Source: a virus (Duplodnaviria; Caudoviricetes). Taken from it: DNA of 27,665 nucleotides. Below, piece after piece: positions 9,428-19,449 of this stretch. Position 1 is the first letter of the stretch. Each line of letters starts with the position of its first letter. The stretch spans positions 1-27,665 of the IMG/VR virus record IMGVR_UViG_3300018068_000006; one strand, written 5' to 3'. Under the pieces are notes generated by a model. The model saw only the letters and a program-made list of their open reading frames with translations, was not told the origin of the DNA and did not search any database. The translations under genes were made by a program, and so were the position numbers.

Positions 9428-9733
9428 TTGACCGTGAAAAAAACAAACAGGGTACAATTTGACCTTAATGTAAAAAACAAAAAAGAAATCTTTAATATTT
9501 TTGCAGATCATTATGGATGGGACTTTGTATCATCTGATAAAATAAATGGAAGATTAACATATGAATGCGATATATTAAAAATAGATATTTATCCTTCAAA
9601 AATGTCCATTATGTTAGTTTATGAAGGAAAAGATTATTTTTGGATTAAAAATCAGACTGTAAATTCTATTGAAGAAATATTTAACAACCCTTATATATAT
9701 TATAATGAAAACAAAAGACTTAAGATTAGGTAA
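9428..9733 (+). CDS. Hypothetical protein
   Basis: About 100-aa ORF; start uncertain (TTG 9428 or GTG 9434); overlaps the next gene. Confidence 0.6.
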   Translation: MTVKKTNRVQFDLNVKNKKEIFNIFADHYGWDFVSSDKINGRLTYECDILKIDIYPSKMSIMLVYEGKDYFWIKNQTVNSIEEIFNNPYIYYNENKRLKIR

Positions 9734-10136
9734 TTTTATTAAATTAAGCAAAAATAATACTGTTTTTATAGTAGATTTTTTCGATGAAATAGGAATTGGA
9801 GTTCATAATGATAAAAAAAAGACGTGGATTGAAACTGATTTATTTGAACCAATAGAATTAACAAAAGAATGGTTACTTAAGTTTGAGTTTGAATACAATG
9901 AAAATAAAAAAATATATACTAAAAATATTGGAATATATATCAATCACACTAGGAAGATATGTGTAAATATAGATAATGGTTTTAATTATGTGTCATTAAT
10001 AGAATTAATAAATACTGAATTGCCTAAATATCATACTGATCATACAAATATCTTTGATAATGATTGGTATGGTCATAAATTATATGTTCATACTTTACAA
10101 AATATTTACTTTATATTAACTGAAAAAGAATTATAA
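9705..10136 (+). CDS. Conserved Bacteroidota-phage hypothetical protein
   Basis: Motifs LRLGN, EPIELTKEWLLKF and YVHTLQNIYFILTEKEL match a family I recognise from Bacteroidota (pro)phages. ATG 9705 preferred over TTG 9669. Confidence 0.7.
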   Translation: MKTKDLRLGNFIKLSKNNTVFIVDFFDEIGIGVHNDKKKTWIETDLFEPIELTKEWLLKFEFEYNENKKIYTKNIGIYINHTRKICVNIDNGFNYVSLIELINTELPKYHTDHTNIFDNDWYGHKLYVHTLQNIYFILTEKEL

Positions 10137-12449
10137 TTAAAATTCTTTCCACCAGTCAAAATTACATTTAGTATCATCTATAGATGCCATTGATTTAATA
10201 GCAATACTTTCAGAGCCAAGTAAAGCACATCCAGCGGCAGCCGCTAAATCTAATTTATTAAGATCGGAGAATTGTTTTAATTGAGATACTTCTTTCAATA
10301 TACTAGCATGCTTTTCTTTATGACATCTAAACTCTATATAATTTTGCCATAGTGTCCACATTTGTTCTTTAGATTTTTCTAATTGGAAAACTCCAGGTCG
10401 TGTTTTTTGATTACCAGTTGCTTGGTCAATATCAAAAAGAAGGTATCCATCATAATTGTTTAATAAACAATATTCCCACAATGTTCCAGCATTGGTTTCT
10501 GGATATATCATGAATCCAAAATATTGGGCACATTTAATTACATCTTCATTATATTCTTCTGATAAAGGCCTATTCCTATATGAAGCTACAAAACAAAATG
10601 TTTCCCATTCATAAATACTTTTTTCATCTGGATCAATTTTATAATCCCTTAATAATAAAGCAGCTATTCCACCATCTGATTGATAACTACCGGTGGATAT
10701 AGCCATTTGTTTGTCACCTTTAAATTTAAAAGCATCTGAACCGACTATCCCTTTTTGCGGTTGCGATGGCATCCATACCTCTTTATAATCTCCAGATATA
10801 TTATCTATAAGCGTAGTCTTTATCCTTTTATTAGCTTCATATGATGGTAATATTTTACTAACTTCAAATTTACCATCTACCCTTGGGATAAAAATAACAT
10901 TCCCAAATTTAATTCCATTTTCCCATTCAAAATTACCTTTTATAAAAGGATCTTTCATCCTTCTTAAATTGGCTAACCTTTTATCTATATTTTCTATATT
11001 CCAACTAGTGGAACCTACAGAAAGTTTAAAACATTCATCAAGATTAAACGGGTATTTAACAACTAATCGCCTATATTTAATTTGACTTTTTGGGTCTTTA
11101 CTGTTTAATAAAGCATCCCTATTACTTTGAAGATGTTTTTTGGAACCATATTTAAATTTAAATCCATCTTGTATTTGTTCTAATGTCGGATTGTTTATTA
11201 TAGATTCACCATACTTTCCTATAAATCCTTCCAATCCTTCATATCCAGGGAATAATAATCTAAATAAACCAGACTTAGTTTGACCAGTAACTTTATTTCT
11301 TTGATAAAAATTAGAATCATATATTAGTGATTGGTAATTAATGCCACCATCTTGATCCATATCTTCGACAGTGGATGGATGTATAGAAAAACCCACTATA
11401 TCTGCACCATCGCCAAGAGACATACCTTGCTTATGAGTAGACCAACGTTCGGTAACATCACATTCTGAACATTTTCCACTTTCATCAAAAACTGCAAATG
11501 TCACCCTTTCGCCGTCAAACTCTGCTCCGAATGCTGATTTAGCATATGTTATCTTGCTATTTAATTGGTTTCCTATAATTAAATTTTTAGGTCTTTTAAA
11601 ATCTATAGCTGTTTTTTCATCAAAATAACCAGTCCACATAGGTAGAAAAAAGAAAGGCATTTCAGCCCATGACTTAACTGTTTTACCAGTAAATAAAGCC
11701 GAAGCACTAGTTTCTGTCATAGAAAATATAACAGCTAAATCACCTATTTTTTTAGATGTATTTTCATATTGTGCAGCTTGCGACATATTAGTAGTGCCAC
11801 CACGCCTATTCTTTGGCTGGCATACACCGAAACAAACTTTTGTATTTCTTTCTTCCATTTCATACTCACCAAGTTCGTTTTTTAAAGCATTGCCATTATC
11901 GTCAATGTATTTAAAAGTTTCTTTAGTATTATAACAATACCACCAAAAAAGAAAATTTTTCCTATCCCTATCCCTATATTCTGGATATAATCTTCCTTCT
12001 ATTTTCCACCATGTTAAATAAAAATAATGCCATCCACATATATAAGTAGGTTTACCATTATTGTAAAACCAATATCCATATATACGATGCCACCATTGGG
12101 CTTTTATAAAATCTATTTCTTCTTTATAATAAACAGTATTATTTTGTATCCTAGTCCATATTTCTTCAAGTATTTTATATCCTGTTATCCTATCATTCTT
12201 GTTTAAATTAAACCTAAGTTCTAAATCTTTTTTAATATCTTTTTCTAACTGTATTAATTTTTGTGGCATTACTGGCCTTTTCCAATATTGATCTTTTGGT
12301 TCCAAACCATAATTAGCAATTAGCTTTTCATTTGGAGGTAATGGTAATGATATTTTTATTGGAATCAAAGAGTTATCTAATTCAGTTAAATCAGGTGAAC
12401 CACAATTGACTATAAAATAATTATCGGGTGGTTGATATTGATATTTCAT
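10137..12449 (-). CDS. terL: Terminase large subunit
   Basis: 770 aa; Walker A-like KNRRGGTT, Walker B FAVFDESGK, nuclease-domain acidic motifs (IVGSD, SDG, YPETN, DLAAA). Size and motifs are crAss-like. Confidence 0.9.
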   Translation of the reverse strand: MKYQYQPPDNYFIVNCGSPDLTELDNSLIPIKISLPLPPNEKLIANYGLEPKDQYWKRPVMPQKLIQLEKDIKKDLELRFNLNKNDRITGYKILEEIWTRIQNNTVYYKEEIDFIKAQWWHRIYGYWFYNNGKPTYICGWHYFYLTWWKIEGRLYPEYRDRDRKNFLFWWYCYNTKETFKYIDDNGNALKNELGEYEMEERNTKVCFGVCQPKNRRGGTTNMSQAAQYENTSKKIGDLAVIFSMTETSASALFTGKTVKSWAEMPFFFLPMWTGYFDEKTAIDFKRPKNLIIGNQLNSKITYAKSAFGAEFDGERVTFAVFDESGKCSECDVTERWSTHKQGMSLGDGADIVGFSIHPSTVEDMDQDGGINYQSLIYDSNFYQRNKVTGQTKSGLFRLLFPGYEGLEGFIGKYGESIINNPTLEQIQDGFKFKYGSKKHLQSNRDALLNSKDPKSQIKYRRLVVKYPFNLDECFKLSVGSTSWNIENIDKRLANLRRMKDPFIKGNFEWENGIKFGNVIFIPRVDGKFEVSKILPSYEANKRIKTTLIDNISGDYKEVWMPSQPQKGIVGSDAFKFKGDKQMAISTGSYQSDGGIAALLLRDYKIDPDEKSIYEWETFCFVASYRNRPLSEEYNEDVIKCAQYFGFMIYPETNAGTLWEYCLLNNYDGYLLFDIDQATGNQKTRPGVFQLEKSKEQMWTLWQNYIEFRCHKEKHASILKEVSQLKQFSDLNKLDLAAAAGCALLGSESIAIKSMASIDDTKCNFDWWKEF

Positions 12450-13111
12450 TTATGACCTTTATATTTTAAAGGAGATGGCTTATAATCTCCATATGGGCTA
12501 TCTCCTATTATTTCATCAAGTTCATTATCTCCTGCCATAGCTATATTTTCAGGTCTTAATTTAAGATTTTCTTTTTCAACACTTTCATAAAGAGCCTGGC
12601 GAATATCAGTTACTTCATTACCTCCAAAAAGAAATTCTATACATTCATTGATTTTAGTTTCTAGTTTCTCAATATTGGCGATTGTATTTTTAAAATCTTT
12701 AGAATCATTAACTTTTGTAACATTTTCAAATTCAGCAGAAAGTATAGACCAATAATATACTAATGATAAATATTTAGGAGATGCAAATAATCTTATATAT
12801 TTTGATATGGCTAAGTTAACTTTATCATTATTACCAATAAGTACTTTTTCGTATTCATCTTTAAATTTACCATCTTTATTTTTAACAAACCCAGAAAGTT
12901 CGGCAGATATAATTTTTCTTTGGTTAAAATAAGGTACTTCTTTCCTTAACTGTGTATTTAAATCATATGCTAGTATTATATAAGAGATTACTTTTGATTT
13001 TTCTATACCAAAATCCTCCTTAAATTCATCATATGACTCTAATTTTGAAACAGTATTTTCACCCCAAGGATCATACATTAATACATTTACATTAATATCT
13101 TCCCGTTTCAT
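12446..13111 (-). CDS. Helical protein coupled to terL (candidate small terminase subunit)
   Basis: 221 aa with an ATGA overlap with terL; call is positional only. Confidence 0.45.
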   Translation of the reverse strand: MKREDINVNVLMYDPWGENTVSKLESYDEFKEDFGIEKSKVISYIILAYDLNTQLRKEVPYFNQRKIISAELSGFVKNKDGKFKDEYEKVLIGNNDKVNLAISKYIRLFASPKYLSLVYYWSILSAEFENVTKVNDSKDFKNTIANIEKLETKINECIEFLFGGNEVTDIRQALYESVEKENLKLRPENIAMAGDNELDEIIGDSPYGDYKPSPLKYKGHK

Positions 13112-13991
13112 TTTTTTGCCAGTTTATAGTTAATTTTAATCCTTCATTTAAATCATAGTTCGGTTTCCATCCAAGTATTTTTTCAGCTTTAGATATATCT
13201 AAACATCTCCTGTTTATTTTATCTATAAATCTTTTATCTATAAATTCAATAATTGGATGTTTCCCAATTATACTCGATATTACAACCGGTAATTTAAGGG
13301 AAGATGTTTCTACTCCTGTCCCTATATTTATTTCAGTATTTACAGCATTAGACTCAATAGCTATGATTAAAGACCAAACAACATCATCTATATAAGTATA
13401 ATCCCTAGTATCCGTACCATCACCATTAATAGTTATAGTTTTATCATTAAGTATTTGATCTATAAACTTGCCAACTACACCACAATATTTATTTTCTGGT
13501 CGCTGATTTTTACCATATACATTACTAAGACGTAATGTTGTAAAATTACCCCTTAACTTTAAGTATTTTTCAACTATACATTTACTTTGATCATAAGCAT
13601 TTGTTAAATTTTCTGGACAATCTTCTTGTGTTGGTATCTCTTTAGCTTGTCCATAAATAGAACTAGTACTAGTATATATAACTTTACCATTAAATTTTTC
13701 TATCAATTTAATACTTTCGAAAGCATTTGTTTTAAACGTATCTAATTGATTTTCTTGTGCATAAATAATATTACTTGTGGCGCAATGAATTAAAATATCA
13801 TATTTATTTAACTCTACTTCGGATATATCTTTAAAATCTTTTTCTATCCAATTTATACCAGGTAGTAAATTTTTAGCATATCCAAATTGTAAATTATCAC
13901 AACCGGATACATAATTTACACTATGATCATATAATTTATTAGCTAAATTACTACCCACGAAGCCACATATACCAGTTATAAAAATTTCCAT
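13092..13991 (-). CDS. NAD-dependent nucleotide-sugar epimerase/dehydratase (extended SDR)
   Basis: TGICGFVG Rossmann motif, TSTSSIYG, catalytic YDQSK (YxxxK), LRLSNVYG, GDGTDTRDYTYIDDVV, NIGTG. Confidence 0.92.
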   Translation of the reverse strand: MEIFITGICGFVGSNLANKLYDHSVNYVSGCDNLQFGYAKNLLPGINWIEKDFKDISEVELNKYDILIHCATSNIIYAQENQLDTFKTNAFESIKLIEKFNGKVIYTSTSSIYGQAKEIPTQEDCPENLTNAYDQSKCIVEKYLKLRGNFTTLRLSNVYGKNQRPENKYCGVVGKFIDQILNDKTITINGDGTDTRDYTYIDDVVWSLIIAIESNAVNTEINIGTGVETSSLKLPVVISSIIGKHPIIEFIDKRFIDKINRRCLDISKAEKILGWKPNYDLNEGLKLTINWQKNETGRY

Positions 13992-14788
13992 ATAATTCCT
14001 TGTTTTTTATATTCCAAATATTTTTCTAAAGATATTTGTCCAAATTTATCAATATTATAAATAATAAAATTCTTCCATTCCCTAAGTAATTTAGATGTAC
14101 CAAAACTACCTTTTTCATAATCCGTATGCTCTACAATATAACCAGGTAGTATACACCATTTATACCCTAATTGCTCCATCATATATATCGAAGCAGCTTC
14201 AATACCTCCATAAATTGGATATGAATCTAAATTTGGTATTCCACCGACTTCATTTAAAAATTTTCCTGAAAACCCACCTTGTGCCCAATTTAAATTCTCA
14301 ATTATTTCCCAAATCCTTTCACTACCAACTATTTTTTCAATGGTATTATTTTTATTTAGTATAGGAAAATATTCTGGCATAGCCAAACTTACCCAAGCAT
14401 ATTTAGGGTCAGCCCTAATAACATTTCCAATAGCCCTTACCCAATTTTTATCTTTAGGATGTTCATCTGGATCGGCACAACATAAAATATCATTATCATC
14501 CATTTTAAAATAATCATAGACTATAGACCAATTTTGTGAAACTCCTATATTATTTATTTTTAAGTAACCTGATCCATATTTTTTTGCCATTTCTTTAAGG
14601 ATAATAGTATTATATTCTATAGAAGCATTAATATCTTTCGGTATACTATCATTTATCAAAGGGAATCCAAGATCAACTATTACATGATTAAAATCATTAC
14701 GATCATTTAAATCGTACAATAATTTAACAGACTTTTCTACTTCGGTAGTAAAGTTCCAGCAAAGTGTATGTACTAAATTCCTATTCAT
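13976..14788 (-). CDS. Putative GT-A fold glycosyltransferase
   Basis: VIVDLG, NIGVSQNW, DxD motif (CADPDE), later GG..E and VEH motifs of GT2-like enzymes. Confidence 0.65.
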   Translation of the reverse strand: MNRNLVHTLCWNFTTEVEKSVKLLYDLNDRNDFNHVIVDLGFPLINDSIPKDINASIEYNTIILKEMAKKYGSGYLKINNIGVSQNWSIVYDYFKMDDNDILCCADPDEHPKDKNWVRAIGNVIRADPKYAWVSLAMPEYFPILNKNNTIEKIVGSERIWEIIENLNWAQGGFSGKFLNEVGGIPNLDSYPIYGGIEAASIYMMEQLGYKWCILPGYIVEHTDYEKGSFGTSKLLREWKNFIIYNIDKFGQISLEKYLEYKKQGIIWKFL

Positions 14789-15446
14789 TATTTTCGTTTA
14801 TAAAAGGTTGAAATTCTCCTTTTGTATTATAATCAACAAATAATTGGCATGCAGTTGCGGCTATAGGATTTTCTAAACATATCCAAGTTTCAGCATTATA
14901 TCTATTAGATTTATCCAACGAATCAATAGGTGGCAACGTGGAAACATATTCCGAATTAAACCAAAAAAAGTTTCCAGAATAGTGCATTTTAAATGCTGGT
15001 GTATAACTTGAAGGAAGTAATTTAACTCCATAAGTATAATATCCAATGTCAAGATGTTTTATAGCATTTTTCCATTGTGTTAAGTTATAGTAATTCATGT
15101 AATCTAACCAATACTTTCCACCTTCATTACCAGGATAACTACATCCTTTTGTATGGATATAAAATCCATAAAACTTAGGTTCATTTATAGATAACCTATG
15201 AACTATTTCAAGAGTATGAAATTCATACTTTTTAATATTTACATCGTAAGAATATATTTCTATTTTTTTAAATTCAAAAATATATTCTTTTAATTTATCG
15301 TACCCTGATTTATTACCAAGACATCCAATATATATATTATCAACTCTTTTATACAAACCAGATGATACAATACATTCTATTTGACATTTTACAATGTCTA
15401 AAAAATCATTAATTAAACATACATGGTAAAATCCTATTATTTTCAT
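14781..15446 (-). CDS. Uncharacterised glycan-cluster protein (putative glycosyltransferase-like)
   Basis: Motifs YEFHTL, YIHTKG, HYSGNFFW and RYNAETW, which I recognise from viral glycosylation clusters; activity not established. Confidence 0.5.
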   Translation of the reverse strand: MKIIGFYHVCLINDFLDIVKCQIECIVSSGLYKRVDNIYIGCLGNKSGYDKLKEYIFEFKKIEIYSYDVNIKKYEFHTLEIVHRLSINEPKFYGFYIHTKGCSYPGNEGGKYWLDYMNYYNLTQWKNAIKHLDIGYYTYGVKLLPSSYTPAFKMHYSGNFFWFNSEYVSTLPPIDSLDKSNRYNAETWICLENPIAATACQLFVDYNTKGEFQPFINENNE

Positions 15447-16030
15447 TTTCTATAAACAATTAAAGCATTATCCCTAGTGTACATTATTGGATTAAGATCA
15501 TATAATTCATATGGGATACCTAGTTCATTAAATTTTAATTTCTTTTCCTGTGGATCAATAATATCTTCAATAATTAAAAGTCCTCCATCATTAATTATAG
15601 GAAGTATGTTATTAACAATAAATAATTGGGTTAATAGTAAATGATTGCTATCATCAATTACTATATCTGGAATAAAATTAATTTCTTCAAACCAATATCC
15701 ATTTAATTCATGTACATCTTGAATATAAGTTTTAACCCTATTTGTTTCATATTGCTTACCTTCATAAAAAGTAAGCCAATCATTATCCGATTGATCTATA
15801 CCTATTATTCTTGTCCCTGGATGAGTAAAATAATCATCAAATAATCTTAATGCTCCACCGGCAGAATGTCCTATTTCAAATATATTACATTTTTTATCTT
15901 TAAAAGGTGCAAATAATTGATCATAAACAGGCAGGTACGAATGATTATCACCTTTATCGGTAATATATTTACTTCTACCATACTTATTCCATAACTGTAC
16001 TAATGTTAAATCTTTATCATTTATTTCCAT
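15443..16030 (-). CDS. Class I SAM-dependent methyltransferase (sugar O-methyltransferase-like)
   Basis: TDKGDNHSY, FEIGHSAGG, IIGID, DIVIDDSNH, GGLLIIED. Confidence 0.8.
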   Translation of the reverse strand: MEINDKDLTLVQLWNKYGRSKYITDKGDNHSYLPVYDQLFAPFKDKKCNIFEIGHSAGGALRLFDDYFTHPGTRIIGIDQSDNDWLTFYEGKQYETNRVKTYIQDVHELNGYWFEEINFIPDIVIDDSNHLLLTQLFIVNNILPIINDGGLLIIEDIIDPQEKKLKFNELGIPYELYDLNPIMYTRDNALIVYRK

Positions 16031-16037
16031 AATTTAT

Positions 16038-17123
16038 TTATTTAAATACATTATTTCTTTGCCACACTTTCCTTCTTACTACAATAATATTACTTATAAT
16101 ATACTCATCTTTTAATTCTTTAATAATTTCATCTTGTAATTTTACAATAAAATCATCATCCATTACTATACCTTCTGTAAGATAACAAATATATTCACCC
16201 GTAACATTAAATCTTATATCATAACAGTAATTATCCACACTTATTGGAAGTGAATCATGTGTTATGACATTACACTTGGTATGATTTCCATAAGTAACTA
16301 TATTAAAATCATGTACTTTTTGTGAGTATAATTCCCATATATTACTTCTATAATTAGTAATAAAAGTAACTAATGGCCTAATTATAACATTATAATCATG
16401 AATCCATACTGTCTTAGGTACACACCAACTAGCTCCACTTAAATGAACTGTATATTTATCTACAGGATAATATCCTATATTTAGGTTTTCCATTTCGGCA
16501 TGAATCATATTTTTTGCACAAGGAGCACCATGATCTTCAAATGGTGTTAATATTTTATAAGTAGGTATACGATAAATAGAACAACACGGATGGGCGTATC
16601 TTAATATATCAGTAGAATCAAATGGAGTACCACAACCTTCATTTTTTCTAGTCACAAGCATTAAATTACCGGTAGCATATAAATTATTGTCATGTTTAAA
16701 TTGATCAAGCATACCCTCTATAAATCCATATCTCATTGTTATAACATCAGAATCCATAAGAAGAACATAATCGGTATCTATATAATTTCTTATAGCTTCA
16801 TCCATTGTTATGCCATGAGAGTTTAATCCATCTCTTTCCCACACCTTAACATTTGGATACATAGCAGATTTAACACGTAAATACATGATAGATTCATCCT
16901 GGGAATTACCATCTACAATTAAAACTGGTATATCTGGATAAAAAGATAATAAACTTTCTAAACAAAGTTTTATTTCATCCCTTGTTTTTCTTTGACAAAT
17001 AAGAACGGTAATATTATTTTCTTTCCATACTTCTTTGTGATATTCATCTCCAGTCCAAAATGGCCTAACCAAATCTACTACTGGATTTTTTTTAATTAAT
17101 TTATCGTATTCTTCCTGGGTCAT
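16038..17123 (-). CDS. Glycosyltransferase, GT-A fold (GT2-like)
   Basis: CLESL, VLIVDGNSQD, HG..MD, DxD motif LLMDSD; possible degenerate second domain at the C-terminus. Confidence 0.85.
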   Translation of the reverse strand: MTQEEYDKLIKKNPVVDLVRPFWTGDEYHKEVWKENNITVLICQRKTRDEIKLCLESLLSFYPDIPVLIVDGNSQDESIMYLRVKSAMYPNVKVWERDGLNSHGITMDEAIRNYIDTDYVLLMDSDVITMRYGFIEGMLDQFKHDNNLYATGNLMLVTRKNEGCGTPFDSTDILRYAHPCCSIYRIPTYKILTPFEDHGAPCAKNMIHAEMENLNIGYYPVDKYTVHLSGASWCVPKTVWIHDYNVIIRPLVTFITNYRSNIWELYSQKVHDFNIVTYGNHTKCNVITHDSLPISVDNYCYDIRFNVTGEYICYLTEGIVMDDDFIVKLQDEIIKELKDEYIISNIIVVRRKVWQRNNVFK

Positions 17124-18106
17124 AATAAGCTATTTATTAATTCAATTCTTTGTTTATTTACATTTGATAATAAATATTTTTCTTTTATTTTTAATACAGA
17201 ATTATACCTATAAGTATTTCTAATACCATCGTTATCTATTAATATTTGTAATTTATTTCCAAATTCATGTTTAGAATTATAATGTAACGATATAGTATCC
17301 TCAAAGTAATTTGGACAAAGACATGCAGCCCCGGATAAAGTTCCTTCAATCCATGATATATTTGATTTACACCTATTAAAATCATTATCTTGTAATGGTA
17401 CTATAAATATGGATGGATTAATATTACATATTAACCCAAGATAACTATGAATATCAAAATTATCAATATATTGATAATTACTTAAACCTTTTAATATCTT
17501 TATGTCATATCCTATACTTATAAAGTGCCAGTCAGGATTATTAATAAGTACTTTTTTTATCACATCATGATATTCCATTATATCGTATTCATGATTACTT
17601 CCACCCCTGTAAACTATTTGTTTATTACCTGATAACTCTTTAAATGAATACACGTAATCATTAATAGCATTAGGTATTATCTTAAACTTATCCACTAAAT
17701 TAGGGTAAAAATAAGAATAATATTTAAACATTCTTTCGTTTGTTAACGTAATAACATCAGCACAATGGAGTATTTTTTTAAATGAAAGTTCGTCAAAAGA
17801 TTTTTGGTATTCATCATACATTACGTGGTCTTTTGGACAATCCTTCCAATCATCTAAATCTATCCAAATTTTAAGACCTAAATCTTTGCATAAAAAAACT
17901 TGGTCTATACATTTTTTATGAATAGGTCTTTGAAAAAAAGCTATATCAAACATCCTTATATCTGGCCAATTTAAATTCCAATTAGATTCTTTTATTTCAA
18001 TTAAATCCTGTTTTGATAGTTCAGAGTTAGTACCACGACCCCTCCAAAAAGAGCAAGCAGAATCTACCTTATCATAATATTCTAGTATTTTTGGTTTACT
18101 TTTCAT
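17120..18106 (-). CDS. Glycosyltransferase, GT-B fold (GT4-like)
   Basis: FFQR, WIDLDD, ADVIT, IIPNAI, YRGGSNHEYD, VPLQDNDFNRCKSNISWIE pattern typical of phage GT-B enzymes. Confidence 0.8.
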   Translation of the reverse strand: MKSKPKILEYYDKVDSACSFWRGRGTNSELSKQDLIEIKESNWNLNWPDIRMFDIAFFQRPIHKKCIDQVFLCKDLGLKIWIDLDDWKDCPKDHVMYDEYQKSFDELSFKKILHCADVITLTNERMFKYYSYFYPNLVDKFKIIPNAINDYVYSFKELSGNKQIVYRGGSNHEYDIMEYHDVIKKVLINNPDWHFISIGYDIKILKGLSNYQYIDNFDIHSYLGLICNINPSIFIVPLQDNDFNRCKSNISWIEGTLSGAACLCPNYFEDTISLHYNSKHEFGNKLQILIDNDGIRNTYRYNSVLKIKEKYLLSNVNKQRIELINSLL

Positions 18107-18150
18107 TAATAAAATTTTATATATTTGTATAACTTTTAAAAACTATTATT

Positions 18151-18417
18151 ATGGCACTTACGACTGTATCTGTTTACAAAAAGGTTTTTGCAAATAATCT
18201 TGCAACTGACACGGTATCTTCACCGGTAACTGAGGGTTTTGAAACAACTAAAGTTGTTTGGTTTGGGCCATCTCTTTGCAATGTTGGAAATGGTCCAGAA
18301 GCAAGAGCGTCTGCTGTTAATAGTAAAATTATTATTGCTGGTGGTTCTAATGACAAATATTCCAAGATAACACTTTACACCAGTAGTACTGTTGCTCAAA
18401 TTGCTGCCCTTACTTAA
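18151..18417 (+). CDS. Small monocistronic protein, possibly virion-associated
   Basis: 88 aa, Ala/Ser/Thr/Val-rich, with its own TATATTTG (18120-18127) and terminator. Confidence 0.7.
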   Translation: MALTTVSVYKKVFANNLATDTVSSPVTEGFETTKVVWFGPSLCNVGNGPEARASAVNSKIIIAGGSNDKYSKITLYTSSTVAQIAALT

Positions 18418-18462
18418 AATATATTGCCATCTAGCCAATGGCAATATATTTTTTATTTTTTT
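18417..18462 (+). terminator. Hairpin terminator between convergent genes
   Basis: AAAATATATTGCCAT / ATGGCAATATATTTT stem followed by a T-run. Confidence 0.75.
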
Positions 18463-19226
18463 ATAATAGCATGTAAATTCCATCTTTGTTCATACCTAAG
18501 ATTAATATCTTCAAAAAATCTATGTTGTGAATTTTCTAAAAGACATTCAGAATTAGTTCTAAATACAACTTCATCACCTGGTTGTAAATCTGGATAATCA
18601 TATTTTTTAGGACTATTATAATTTCTATTACAACTACCTACATACTTAACAATACCTTTTGATTTATTTATCTTTTCATCCATGATAAGAAATTTAGAAG
18701 TTAAACCTTCGTTTATTTGTTCAAAAAGACAAAAACCATTTAATGGTATAATATCATATATTGTTTCATTTTTTAGAGGATAAGTAGTTATGGTAACTTC
18801 ATATTTTATTCTCTTGGCTACTATTAAACATTGATATTGAATAATCCAATATTCTTTATCTTCAACTCTTATTATTGGACAATGATGAAGATTATAATAA
18901 TCAGCCCAAACTAAATCTCCAAATTTAACTTCAATACCTGTTTCCCAGTCACATTTCCAATTAGAATTTTTACCTTTAGGTGTAAAATGTAGTTTTACAG
19001 GTACCTTAACAATTACACCCCACCTGTCAAGATGTTGGGATGTATCATATTCTTCTGCAGCTTTAATATCATGAGCTGTTAACATTGCCGGGTCTTGTAC
19101 TATAATAAGACCTGAATTTGTCTTATCATTAGCGTTTCGATGGATTATCTCTACTGCAACATTATTGTTAAGTAGTTTCATCCTATCAAATTCTTTAGCT
19201 GTTAATCTAAATATCTCGTTTGGCAC
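18453..19226 (-). CDS. GroES/Cpn10-like co-chaperonin with two tandem domains
   Basis: Domain 1: LLNNNVAVE..KTNSGLII..GVIVKVP..VKFGDLV. Domain 2: PLNGFCLFE..GIVKYVG..LQPGDEVVF. GTG start. Confidence 0.75.
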   Translation of the reverse strand: MPNEIFRLTAKEFDRMKLLNNNVAVEIIHRNANDKTNSGLIIVQDPAMLTAHDIKAAEEYDTSQHLDRWGVIVKVPVKLHFTPKGKNSNWKCDWETGIEVKFGDLVWADYYNLHHCPIIRVEDKEYWIIQYQCLIVAKRIKYEVTITTYPLKNETIYDIIPLNGFCLFEQINEGLTSKFLIMDEKINKSKGIVKYVGSCNRNYNSPKKYDYPDLQPGDEVVFRTNSECLLENSQHRFFEDINLRYEQRWNLHAIIKK

Positions 19227-19230
19227 AATT

Positions 19231-19449
19231 TTATTTATTAATTAATAAATCAAGTTTATCATTTACTTTTTCCAATTCTTCTAGTATTTTGTTTTTTGGA
19301 GCTATGTTATACTTTAAATTATTACATTTTTTACAAATATTGGCATAACCATCAGCGTAATTTCTGTGTTTAACAAACTCTTTTAATGGAACTAATTGTC
19401 CATTATGGAGTTCTCCTTTACAAGCTTTATATTTAATTTCTTTTTTCAT
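19231..19449 (-). CDS. Small zinc-finger-like protein
   Basis: CKG..H...PLKEFVKHRNYADGYANICKKC resembles the Zn-finger found N-terminal to phage HNH/EndoVII-type nucleases; no nuclease domain present. Confidence 0.55.
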   Translation of the reverse strand: MKKEIKYKACKGELHNGQLVPLKEFVKHRNYADGYANICKKCNNLKYNIAPKNKILEELEKVNDKLDLLINK

